From positions 26,846,001 to 26,910,000 of the forward strand of contig NC_092353.1 in the NCBI RefSeq assembly GCF_963676685.1: a stretch of DNA of 64,000 nt. The letters run 5' to 3'. A program made the translations under genes and the position numbers. The stretch is from Mytilus edulis (Eukaryota). The stretch's first letter is position 1; the number at the start of each line of letters is the position of its first letter. Of this stretch, positions 1 through 13,300 are shown piece after piece. The notes under the pieces were generated by a model that saw only the letters and a list, made by a program, of their open reading frames with translations, ran no database searches and had not been told where the DNA came from.

Positions 1-590
1 GGCAATCATACCACATCTTATTTTTTATACTAACTTTATCGTATGGCAATGTCTTCGCAAACAAACTTATTGTGCCTGTGTATCATGCATTCATGGACCC
101 ATCATTGCTTGTCTTTTATTTTCGATCGAACAACAATTCAATGAACAAAGGTGTGTTCTATCAGGAAACTATTTTTTTCAATCTTTTCAAATATGATCAA
201 ATCAAAACGAACCACCCTTAGTATGTCTAAGGTATTTAGTTGCATATAACTCAACAACAGGTATCTCCATTTTTAGAATATTTTATAAATTAACCGACTT
301 CCACACAATAGAATAGTTTCTGATGGAAACATTTTTATACGCACCAACACCTTCACTTTTTAAAAGAGAGTTCTACATATTACTGAACATACCGGCATAC
401 GCATTATTCGCAAACGATACTGTAAGATATTCTCTGAGCTAGTTTAAAACGTGTGTATATTTCGTTCACTGGGATATAAGCAACTCGCCATTGGCATAAA
501 ACCAACAGATTAGAACGCTGTTTATTTCAAATTGTCACCTTCAGATATATTGTTGATTGTATGTCACTCAATAAACCTATTTTCTCAATA

Positions 591-770
591 TTGATATAAA
601 TGGACGACTTTAGAATCGTTAACAAATGTTATAATTTTTACATTCCAATTGTCCATTTCCTAGCAGTCACATACCCTCTTCTCCTGCGTATGGTGTTTAC
701 ATATCTCAGTTAATGTAAACATTACGCTCGTGCATGTTCACAGTATGAAAACTTCATAAACAGGTGTATA
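591..770 (+). pseudogene. Degraded Penelope-like retroelement RT C-terminal fragment (continues ~3450-3690)
   Basis: Translates with frameshifts as IPSSPAYGVYISQL...YARACSQYENFINRCI, then after the insertion LT..KLL. Confidence 0.7.
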
Positions 771-1841
771 CACGGCCGACACTCGGCTAACGGAGAGATT
801 GGTCGGTTAATCTATATTGAGTATGCGGCTATATGGGCGATTGGTCTGTTAATCGGGTTGGTTATACGTCTGTTAAGAGTAAAACGCTTAATTTAATGTT
901 AAACTCTATTAAATATACAGATTTTTGTCATGTTATAAGAACCAAATCAAAAAAAGAAAAGTGTCTGACAAAATGATATCTATCAGAGAACATTTTGTTC
1001 TTGTAAAAACATTTCTTAGTCTGCGCAGTTTTCAGTAAGACTAAAAGGCGTCGCGCAAGTATGTAGTATTTATGCTTATACGCATAGCAATTTTTTTAAT
1101 AAAAGTCGAAACAAACAAATTTATATATCATTTAAAGGACAAAAAATAGTACTGTGGTTCTAAAAAATAAATTGACATTAGTAAATATTTCATAATTGTA
1201 AAATAACGTGAATAATACCACATTTTAGTGAAAATTATGGGAATAAAGTCTGTTAATGGGTTGGACAATTGAAAGTGTGTCAGTTAAGAGTTATGTAACC
1301 ACGACAATAATTTTGCTACCTCTATATTTTCCCCTTGAAAAATTTAAGAATGAGATGTTCCTGAGTAAACAAAAATGACAATACGGTGCCACAGTATCCT
1401 AGAAAGAGCATTTTTATTTTGACTTTCTTTGCATTTTATTGAAGGGTGTGTCACTTCAATATAGCGTGATATGGATTGGGCTCTGGAATATGCATGAATT
1501 TTTTATTGACGTTTTCAATCAGCCTTACTTTTTGTGTCTGTTTGAAGTAGCACGTGCTCAAATCCGACTGAAAGTGTCGTTCTAATACGACACAGGGTAC
1601 ATATAACGTGTTCTCGTTCACATATGAACATGATATATGTCACTGGACGTTAAATCCTAATTCGTCAGCATCATCAAATTGGTTCTTTTCTTCTATTACT
1701 TAATCATATGTTGTTTACAGATCACTCTAAAGAAAAAAACGGAAAGGAGCGAATGCAGCTACATTTGGTTATTTTAAGTTTCAATTCATTTTACTCCGTT
1801 TAGTTCCTTTCTACATAAGTGCAGAGGAGAACTACAGTTGT

Positions 1842-2009
1842 CTATGGTGGCCGGTGAAGTCCATTTCGCGTTTTCGCGATTTTGCCTTTCGTATAGTCTA
1901 TAGGGCGAAAAGGCGAAATCGCGAAACTTTGCAATTTCGCGTTTTCGCCATATAGAATATGTAAGGCGAAAACGCTAAAGCGCAAAATGGCATTAACCTG
2001 CCACCATAG
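1842..2009. mobile_element. Palindromic MITE with 4-bp TSD TTGT, nested in the 771-3444 element
   Basis: Termini CTATGGTGGCCGGT / ACCTGCCACCATAG; TTGT at 1838-1841 and 2010-2013; internal TTTCGCG/CGCGAAA repeats. Confidence 0.8.
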
Positions 2010-2305
2010 TTGTCCACATGTAAACTTCTAGAATTTGTCACCAATATAAGTACATCGCAATCCGTTACTGTTTCAACAGCCATCGGTGTTTCATGTGTGT
2101 ATTCTGAAACAAGTATTATTTTTCTCTCGTTTTTAGCAATGTATCACTATCTACTTTCCTTATATATTATTTTATATTCTACGTTTCCATCCAGATTCTC
2201 GTGTATACCATGAGGGTCCGGATTCGGTGTATTGTTTATTTTTGTATTCTTTAAATTGTTATGTCATTTTTTCTACATTTTATTTATCTTACTCATTATT
2301 GTTTC

Positions 2306-2776
2306 TTTAGTTTTCATATTTTGTCATCCCAATATATTTTACTAACTGATGTTTAGTTACATTACGACGTTTATCTCTGATTTATATACTGGTTACCAAT
2401 GTAGATGACAAATTTGTGTCATTCATGACAATTAAACAGAATCAACATGATATATGCGATCATTCTTGGATGACATTAATATAACTTTAATATTACACTT
2501 TTTGAAATCATTTTTATCAATTTTCAATTTCATGTGCTGTTTAGTTTTCATATTTTGTCATCCCAATATATTTTACTTACTGATGTTTAGTTACTTTACG
2601 ACGTTTATCTCTGATTTATAAACTGGTTACCAATGTAGATGACAAATTTGTGTCATGCATGACAATTAAACAGAATCAACATGATATATGCGATCATTCT
2701 TGGATGACATTAATATAACTTTAATATTACACTTTTTGAAATCATTTTTATCAATTTTCAATTTTATGTGCTGTTT
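2306..2776. repeat. Tandem duplication, 2 x ~234 bp, near-identical
   Basis: TTTAGTTTTCATATTTTGTCATCCC... begins at both 2306 and 2540. Confidence 0.9.
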
Positions 2777-4127
2777 CCGTATATGTTATGTTTCATTGTT
2801 CATGTGCTGTTTTCGTATATTTTAGCCGCTCGTCTTGAGCCTACTCATTTGATCCGATAGCACCCCATATAGCAATAAAATTATACTTTTATTGCCATTC
2901 ATAACTCTTAACAGACCAATTAACAGACCGGGTTTTATACATCCGACCCATTAACAGACCAGGTTTTAAATAAAGATTGATTTATGTCACCAAAATACAG
3001 ATTTTCGTGTAAATTTTTCACACAATGATATCAATATGGTTAACAAACATAATGCCTTTCTTTTTTCGATGTTCAAAATATTGAATGCAAGTAAATTTAA
3101 CCAATTTGTCATTTTGTGTACATTTTATGTGTGTAAAATGTGTATAAATTTATTGATGAGTAACCCGCCTTTTAATTTTATAGATCGTACATCGAAGCTA
3201 GAAAATAATAATTACACCACTGAATTCAGTACATTGAATTGTTTTGTTAGACATGAATACTTTTTATAATGAAAATATATTTAGAAAGTTATACAATGAA
3301 ACATGCTAAACTTTCAATGATTTTCTCGATAACACCTGATTAACAGACTTTAGCCAACCCTATTAACAGACCAACCGCCGATATAGCCGCATGCTCAATA
3401 TAGATTAACCGACCAATCTCTCGGTTAGCCGAGTGTCGGCCGTGGTATACTAACACGGTAAAACTCTTGGATTGGTTGTGATGGTGTCACAACTCAATAG
3501 CGACATGTATTCGCGGTCTTACACTCTTTTGATATCAGTATAGTCGTCTGTAATTTTACTTAACGTTCCCTATTAACGATTGTGATATTTTGACTGAGTT
3601 TGAATTCACATGACTGGTGTTGCTTGCATACATGTAGGAGTACCACACTACTTCCTCGGTGCACCCGGTTCTCCTCTGGGGTTTCCCATGTTACTTTGAT
3701 TCGTTTCTTCCATATTGATTGACGAGAATATCGGCAAACAAATATCGTCTTTATTAGCTAACAAAAACTGTTTGGTGCACACCTTTGATACGGGACTTTA
3801 CGTTTTGAATTTGTAACTTTGAGTTCTGTATTTTTGTTATTTTTGTTATTTTTTTCAACATTATTACAACACAAAAATGGAGTGGAATCAAAATCGGTGA
3901 ATTGGTTGTGGTTTTACTGTTTTAAAGGTTTTTCATTTTATAATTAAAAAACAGAAGAATAGAAATTTGAATTTGAATGAAATATATCAATTTCAGCACT
4001 AGTCTTAAATCAGTAATACGTCACTGATTTATTTCCCGATTGTCTTGGTGTAATATCAAAATAGTAAACCTCTAAAACAGTAAATGTTTATAAATGATAA
4101 AAAAAAATGCTTATAAAAAGTACAAAC

Positions 4128-4309
4128 CAATTTCCCAATGTAAGAAGAAGACATTGATCCAATTCTAGCACCAGAACTACATAGTCCGAACATAGAGGCG
4201 CGTATCACTGTTGGAAAACATTCTGATGTGATGAGATAAATAAGAAAAAAAGCAGTTGTAACTCCTAACTTTCCAATCATGGCTAGTCCGATAGTTACCC
4301 AATGTAGTG
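4128..4309 (-). CDS. SLC22-like exon 8 (LAMIGKLG...SECFPTVIRAS...ARIGS)
   Basis: TTTTACAG acceptor, GT donor; 182 nt; overlaps ORF 4056..4280. Confidence 0.92.
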
Positions 4310-7300
4310 CTGTAAAAGTATTTGTTCATTTTAAAGAAATGAATATGTAATCTGAAAAATCTATTGCATATTTACTAAAGATACAGCTACTGGTGTTTCA
4401 TCGTATTTCAGACTTTTTATATAATTAATCTAAAAAAAATAATAATATCTTCTAGAAAAAAAAATATTTGTTCATTTTAAAGAAATGAATATGTAATCTG
4501 AAAAATCTATATTGCATATTTACAAAAGATACAGCTACTGGTGTTTCATCCTGATAAGTACATCGTATTACAGACTTTTTATATAATTAATCTAAAAAAA
4601 AAATTAATAATATCTTCTAGATAAAATATGATACCTTTTCAAAAGTTATCAAATTGAAATACATTTTTTTGCTGGGTACAAATAGTGACTAAGTTGAACG
4701 TAGAATTGATTTATAACATATATAATATCTATGCATGCGCAAATACTAAGTAATGGAATATCACGAAACTACCCCATTTAAAAACTAAGATATTTACCTC
4801 CACTTGCGTACATAGATGTAAAAATTGTACTGAGACATGCAGTACTACCCAATATCATAGCTGTACAGTAAATTTTCTTTCTCGGTAATTTGTCAGCGTA
4901 AAAACACAATAGCACTGCAACAGTTTCGGCTGTTGTGGAGACTGCATAGTTAGCATATACATTACCTCCAAGATCACCAGTATTCATGGAAATTCCATAG
5001 TATATTAAGCTGATGGCAAACCTAAATAGTAAAGCATGTAAATATTGACAAACGAAAATTGATTTGTTTGGAATTCGTTATTCTGAATGAAACCCAACAA
5101 TACACACAGACATAAAAAAAAAAAAACAACTACTGGACATCAAAACACGGTGTTCAACAAACAAGATACAAAGTATGTATAGATCATTTCAACCTATATC
5201 AGCCGAATACACCAAATTGTCTTAAGTGCAATTCATTAATATGCATGTCCTAGCATTCATACAACGCAATGGTAGTATTGGAAGTTAAGATAGTACTGAA
5301 CATTACGGAAACTACAAGGACGAAAATCATGACAATTGAAGATATTAGATACAGCTAAATGTAGTTTGTTGACGGTGTTTATAAGTTTCTCGTTTTTTTT
5401 TATATAGATAAGAAATGAAATCACAAAAATACTGTACTACCGAGGAAAATTCAAAACGGAAAGTCAAATGACAAAATCCAAATCACAAACACATCAAACG
5501 AATGGATAACAACAGTCATATTCCTGACAGGCATTTTCTTATGTAGAAAATGGTGGATTAAACCTGGTTCTAAAGCTCGGTAAACCTCTGACTTGTATGC
5601 CTGTCGCATCAAATTCTATTATATAGACAACGGTGTGTTGATCAAAACAAACAGACACATTAGGTAGAAATTTCACAAATAGGTAAACAACAGCAACACG
5701 AACCCAACCAAAAGCTGGGGTTGGTATCAGGTGCTTCAAAAGGGTAAGCCGATCCTGCTTTACATGTAGCTGCCGTCGTGTTGCTCATATTATACAAAGC
5801 CGGTAAATAGTCTAATTCGGTAGGTCACATTCGTGAAAAGGAAACGGGATTGTAGTTACGACATAAGGATTATATCCGATATCATCTGTGCAACGGATAT
5901 TCCATAACGGTCAACAAACACGTGATGGCGTCCGTACAATTTACGAAGAGAAGATTTAAATATCACCCTTTGGAACTCTTGGCTTAAAAATTAAATTAAA
6001 GGTCACACTTGGGAGGCTGAAATCATCTCTTTTGTCGTAAAGTTTTTTCAACCGACCTTCATAGTCAATTTCTAGATATAAGTTTTAATAAAATGACAAT
6101 ATCAAAAGCTCAAACAAATCAAACAAATGGATAACAACTGTCATATTCCTGACTTAGTACAGGTATTTTCTTATGTAGAAAATGGTGGATTGAACCTGAT
6201 TTTATAGCTAGCTAAACCTCTCACTTGTTTGGCAGTTGCATTAAATTCCGTTATATTGACAACGATGCGTGAATAAAACAAACAGACATACATGTAATAG
6301 GTAAAAATGTCAAAAATAGGGGCATTACAGTCAACATTGTGTTATAATCTTAATCACTAAAAAAAAATGTAACAAAGAAGCACAAAATGAGCATATAGGT
6401 CAAGCATATTAGCAACATTTAGAGACAAGAATACACAAATTTTCCATAGTAAAATAACACAATGACAGGATTTAAAAGTATAGAGCCACGTCATATATGT
6501 ATCAAAAAAACATAAAAAGACATATAGACAAAGCACATAGCAAAAATGAAAGACAAGCGAACAAATATGTTTTACGATAGCACAATAACGGAATGTTTAA
6601 GTACAGAGGCACGCTATCTGTATTGAAGAATCACTAAAAGGCATATAGACAAAGCAAAAATGAAAAACAAGAATACGAGAATCATCATAAACAATAACAT
6701 AAATGCCAGGATGTACAAGTACCACATGTATCTTAATCATAATAAAACCAAACAAATATTTAACAAAGAAGCACAAAAAGGAATATATCAAATTTAACAA
6801 CATTGCTTTCTAATTTTTGAATTTTATTTATGCGCATGTAAAATCCTCCCATAAACATTTGAAATATTTTTGAAGTACTAGAACAGAATAGTTAGATAAA
6901 CATTAAGTCTAACGTAGAATTGCCTGCTTGACGTCAAAATGTAAACGACACACAGGTAGAGATATAAAATGATTTTGTCGTTCAAAGCATGTAAAAAAAA
7001 TATAATCTATAGTTCTTTTAGGCAAATCCTCTGCAGAATGTAAATTTGAAATTTACCTTTCCTTCTTGTCGCTTGTCTATATTTACCATTGGTTTTCCTG
7101 TTTGAATGGTTTTACACTGTCTAGTTATTTTGGGGCGCCTTATAGCTATCTGTTAATTGTAAGCCAAGGCTCTGTGTAATTTGACCTATAATGGTTTACT
7201 TTTTACAAAGTGTTACTTGGATGGAGAGTGGTCTCATTGAAATCTTACCACAACTTCTTATATCTGTAAATAATTGATAGTAAAAAATGTTAAAAACAAA

Positions 7301-10300
7301 CAGCAAACAAAGATGTATCCATTCATATTGTGATAACCACAGCAGAAAACATCGTTAAGTAAAAAATTACATGTATAAGAAGATTACGTTTTATTCACCT
7401 CTCATTCGAGAGGTTGTTGATGTTATATTTAACGTGTAGAGGAATACAAATTCTTACAAAACTGTACCGAACGTCTAATATTGAAAAACTGGCAACTTTA
7501 AAACTGACAATGTTTGTTTTGCATCGGTTTCCCTTCAGACACCACTAATGGAATAAAGCTACAACAGGTTTTCACACAAAAATTCTACGATACAAACATA
7601 TAGTTACTGTAATGGAGGAAATATTAAATTACTCACCAGTTTATCATTAAAATAAAAAACCGTCCCATCATTGGCTTAGATTTGAACATTATTTTAAAGC
7701 CTGTGGTGAATGATAACCGTTTCCCCTCTTTTACTGTTATATCTTCTGGATTAAAATCAACTTTAGTTTTATTAAATTTTGCTGTGCGTTTGAAAATTGT
7801 CATGGCTTCTTTCGTTCGACCTTTGAGCAAAAGCCATCTTGGTGATTCCGGCACAAATCTGTGAAGAGAAAATATCAAATATGTCGAACAAAGAAAGGTA
7901 GGATTGTTGTTCACAATTCATATGTATGCATTTCTTTTTAAGTTATTTATATGAATTTCATAAGAGTTGTCGACGTATCAGTTTGCAAAGCAGATTTCTT
8001 TTCTGCTGTGAAAATATCATTTGACCATAGAAACTTTCAAAGATTTACGTTATTCATTAACTCAATACATATTTTACTACAATTATTGTTTGAAGTTTGG
8101 TGTACGGAAATATAACTTCCTGTAACATTGCAGAATTACTTACAACATCACGAAAAGGCAAATCGTTATAGGCACGGAGACGACTTGTATCAGGGTTTCC
8201 CAATCCCTGATAAAATAAGCATATACCAACAAAACGTAACATCCGATACAATATGCCATATATATTGTAAAGGAAGCTAGAACACGATGTGCAGGGTCTA
8301 CCAATTCTGTCACTAAAAAAAATAAATAAGTCTTGTATGATTTAAACTTAAGTCAGGGTGTGCGTTGGTGTGCGTTAATATAACAACAATACAACGACAT
8401 AGGAAACCAAAAATGAGCACCTTCTTTTATTGTAAATGAGTAACATATACAAACTTAACTTTGAGGCAAAAACATTACGCACTAAACTATTAAATCAAAT
8501 GACCATAGATCAATTTACTAAAACAGTGCAGGAACTTTATAATGTTCTAATCTTACAATTGGCTCGTATTGCTCGACTGTATTTGTCGAGTTTAGATTTT
8601 CTATATATTGCATCGCCGCCCATTGGCTTTTTGTTATTCAATTATCATTATAGATAGTTAATTGTTAGTTAAAGTAAACTAAGGATAATGTATAAACCTA
8701 CTTATAATTATCAAATGTACCAGGAATATAATTTAATACGCAAGACGCGCATTCGTCTACATAAAACTCATCAGTGACGCTCAGATCAAAATATTTATGA
8801 AGCCAAACAAGTACAAATTTGAAGAGCATTGAGGATCCAAAATTCCCCTACAAGTTTTGTCAAATACGGCTAAGGTAATCTATTCCTGAGTTAATAAAAC
8901 ACTTGCACTGTATATATAACTTTGCCAACAGGAATTCGGGAGAGTTGAACCTATACTTCCAAACTTTAGTATACAGTTTTATTTTTGAATCTAAACATAT
9001 TCTAAAGCAAAAGCCATTAAAACTAGTTACTGTTAAATGTTATCTCATCTATATGGTTAAAATTTCTTATGAATAGATTAATGAATTTAACCGATACATG
9101 AATTCTTAGATACAATAATAAGCAATATGAAAAAATAAATATAACACAACTTACACATAGTAAAAGGAACGACGTATGATAAATTGCTACCAGTTGCATT
9201 AAGAAATTCACATATGGCAACTAGAAATAGGTGTGGAATCCAAGGACGAATGACATTTGGTACAATCAAAAGAAAAATTCCTAAAATCAACATTGGTTTT
9301 CTACCCCATCTGCAAAGAATACAAATATATGCTTAAATATAAATAAAAAAATTAGTACGCTAGTTAGTGATTAGTGTTAACAAACCTACAGCGTAGTGAC
9401 ATATTAATAAAGTTCATATTATTTCATCCTCGTGGTTGTGTTTAATTTGTTTGATCTATAACATCGTATCTTTGTACTTTTTTCAAAACATTGAGTACGG
9501 CAACTTCGCTACAGCGTACTGACCTTATTTTTGCGCAGATTGGTCCAATGGCGTTTGTAAAACTACCTTTTTTGGTACTTTGTTAACAAATGTTTGCTGT
9601 TGTGACAACACAACATGTGGTTATATAAAATGGTAAGGTCAGACAGACTTTTTGGAAAGCTTATTGTTGTCATTCTTTTCAATACACTACTTATTTAATT
9701 GACGTGATTATTTCCTCCATCATCAACAGCTTTACAAAACTTTGAATTTTTCGAAAAACTAAGGATTTTCTTATCCCAGGCATAGATTACCTTAGACGTA
9801 TTTGGCACAACTTTTTGGAATTTTGGATCCTCAATGTTCTTCAACTTTTTACTTATTTAGCTTTATAATATTTTGATATGCGCGTCACTGATGAGTCATA
9901 TGTAGACGAAACGCGCGTCTGGCATACTAAATTATAAATGTGGTATTGATAACTTTTTTCTATCAAAGAATTATAAATGGAGTAAATGCGTGGAAAATAT
10001 ATTATGGACTGAAAATAATACTTACACATCACAAAGCAGTCCACAAAAAATGGCGTTAAAAAACGTTCCAAAGAAATGAGAAAGTAAAATATGACTGCGC
10101 ATAAACTTGTCCTGACAAACCATATTGAACTACAATACAAAAAAAAGCAATGAAAGAAATTGTTTTAAATATCAATACATCCGTTAGAATGCTTCATGTG
10201 ATGATAGCAGCATGTGATACAGTATTGCTAGAGAGTATAGGCATAAACATACTGATACCGATCTATTGTGCAAAATACATATGCATGTTCCTGGTACAAA

Positions 10301-13300
10301 CCATATATGTTTATAGTATTTGATTAAAAGATCTTTAATAGTTTAGTAAAATTGGACTGCCTATAATTCTGTAATATATAAAAAGAAATCTATCAGACCT
10401 TTTGACGAATTCATGCACATGTTTAAACATCAAAGTTTTGTACATATAAATATAGGAGACATTTTCATGAATCAAAGCCCATTTTTAAATATCTAGAAGT
10501 TTCGTACATATATGAGATGCAGATAACCTAAATTCAGTAATACCGTAACATCCAATAAAATATAATCAGGGAGCCATCTAAGATTATTATCAGAATTTCT
10601 GAAATATGATGAAATGTGTATTCAATTTATGCCAGAAACGTTTAAAAATACCTCGAAAGTTTTATCAATTTTCAAATCATACATATAGTTAACACATATT
10701 TGTGACTTTTGGGTTCATGTTCATAAGTCCATTGAGAAGATTTAAGAAAAGAAATAGATATGTGTGTGATTGCTCATGTAAAAAGAGGTGTGTAGTTACG
10801 TAAATTAGTAAGCAAAGCAGTGACACAAAAGCACGAAAAACATTAAGAGGTAAAAGCATGGTCTTCAACAATAGGCAGGTGTCGAACCGACTAAAAGCGT
10901 TGGGAACAATTGTGAAGTTGTGAATATATGCTTAAAAAAGTCGAAACATACTACGGTGATCATTTTTTCTTATAACATTTTGTAATATGTAAGCAGATTT
11001 TCTTTTTCTTTTTCATTTATCTGCAAATAAATTGTGTTCTTCCCAGTTAAACGTCACCTCGCATGGTCGACGTTTTTCGTAAACTCACACTGGCCAAATC
11101 AAAAAGGCAATTAATGGTCTTAAAAAAATTAATCAAATGTGTTGGGGGGAGGGGGGGGAATATAAATCAGAAATAGGGAGAATGTGTTAAATATAGATAA
11201 ATACACACACGAAAAAGATATGTGACAATATTGTAAATATATATAGTAAGGTTAATTACAATAGTTGTCTTAAAACACGGGGATGAAACTCATATCATAT
11301 GTAAGATTAAGAAGGTTCACTTAAATTGCATGCTGTGTATTTTAAATCGCAAAATTTGAAAACAATATGAATAATGAAGTTACAGGAAAACGATTACTGT
11401 TAAACAAAAAATCAAATGATACCAACCTTTGAAATGAGTGTAGATTGGTAATATGTTGTGTCATACACCCAGTCATTGCACGGACTGTTTGTACCATTTA
11501 TGTTCAGATAACATTGACTAGTATTATATGCGCTGATATTTAAGGCATCCGAATGGAAGATGGGTGGATGTGAATACACATTGTCTTCAACGTCAGGAAG
11601 TCGACATCTGAAATGAAAATATATACCTTGTTAATAAAAAAAGAAAAAGTACAAATATGTCATACTCCATAAAGGATGAAGTCATGCCAGGTTTAGAGGG
11701 ATGTTTGTCGGATGTTCGAACTCCTTGTGTTTTCCCTACGATACAGGGTAAAATATACTAAACCGCAACACATCATTGATTAAAACAAAATAAAGTTACT
11801 AAAGTATTCTTGTGACCCCTGCCTTTACCAGTTGTGATACGGTTCTTTGTTTGCTTGAAAAGGAAAAAAGACTATGTCGGAGACATGATGTTTAGGGTGT
11901 TAGGAGACGAGCTTGGAATTGGCTCTTCTGCTACCCAGTCTAGGCGTTATTGGATGGGATAAAGAGGATCCATGGGAATCCTTTTAAAAAACTTTTTCTG
12001 AGGACTCAACATCTTGTGAGGAGTTTGATTGTGAGTAAACATGTGTCTGTGACTAATTAGTAGTAATTTTAAAAATGTTTATATCTTCGATGTAGAGTTT
12101 TGGATAGATTGATTAAAACAAAATCAAGTTACAAAAGTATTCTTGTGATCCCTGCCTTTACCAGTTGTGATACGGTTCTTTGTTTGCTTGAAAAGCTCCA
12201 ATTCCAAGCTCGTCTCCTAACACCCTAAACATCATATCTCCGACATAGTCTTTTTTCCTTTTCAAGCAAACAAAGAACCGTATCACAACTGGTAAAGGCA
12301 GGGGTCACAAGAATACTTTAGTAACTTTATTTTGTTTTAATCAATCTATCCAAAACTCTACATCGAAGATATAAAGATGGACTGAGGACACATCTTTGTA
12401 ATTTACGCCACATTTTTTTTACCGGAAGTGTTTACTTTATATTAAAACATTTAAAACATAATAGAAAATTAGTAATTTTGAGGACAACTTAAAGCCAAAA
12501 GTTAAATGACCAGCAAAAAACATTTTTGTTACATTTTGAAATATTTAAATTAAAAATTGATATTTCTATGTCCACCATATTGGACATTATCGGAAGTAGG
12601 GGTTTTTGAAGACTATGTCCCATACATTGCATATTTGAGAAGCATCAAAGAAAGGTTCCTTCACAACATAATGATAGCAGCAATACGTTAAAACACATTT
12701 CAATTTCTCTGCCTAAAAAATAAGCTTATTTTTTTTACAATGTCAACCATAACGGATTTTACCGGAATTAGGGTTTTTGAAGACATCTAATCTATATAAT
12801 TTATATAAAAGTAGTAAATAGCAAAGGTTTTAACCAAATATTACGATAGTAGCATGACTATAACACCTTTTCACATAATAGTCTTCGATATTTGACTGAT
12901 TAAGTAAGATGTCCGCCTTTTTTAATTTTCTGTTTACAAAACTTTCAACTTTTCGAAAAACTAAGGATTTTCTTACCCCAGGAGTAGATTACCTTAGCCG
13001 TATTTGGAACAACTTTTTGGAATTTTGGGTCCTCAATGCTCTTCAACTTTGTATTTGTTTGGCTTTTTAACTATTTTGATCTGAGCGTCACTGATGAGTC
13101 TTATGTAGACGAAACGCGCGTCTGGCGTATAAAATTTTAATCCTGGTCCTTTTGATAACTATTTACACCACTGGGTCGATGCCACTGCTGGTGGACGTTT
13201 CGTCCCCGAGGGTATCACCAGCCCAGTAGTCAGCACTTCGGTGTTGACATGGATATCAATTATATGGTCATTTTTTTAATTTTCTGTTTACAAAACTTTG

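Larger units (their letters stand above)
771..3444. mobile_element. Non-autonomous DNA transposon, CAC...GTG termini, ~105-bp TIRs, 5-bp TSD GTATA (Transib/RAG-like signature)
   Basis: 771-876 is the reverse complement of ~3340-3444 with only a few mismatches. GTATA lies at 766-770 and 3445-3449. The element interrupts a Penelope-like reading frame that resumes after it. Confidence 0.85.

Noticed and set aside
771-800. Canonical RAG recombination signal sequence (heptamer-12/23-nonamer)
   Set aside because: Only the CAC matches; there is no ACAAAAACC-like nonamer and both ends are symmetric. Kept only as a Transib-like signature.
1-4127. Final SLC22 exon(s) encoding TM12 and LPET
   Set aside because: I found no matching minus-strand frame; the region is repeat-derived, so the exon is presumed to lie outside the window.
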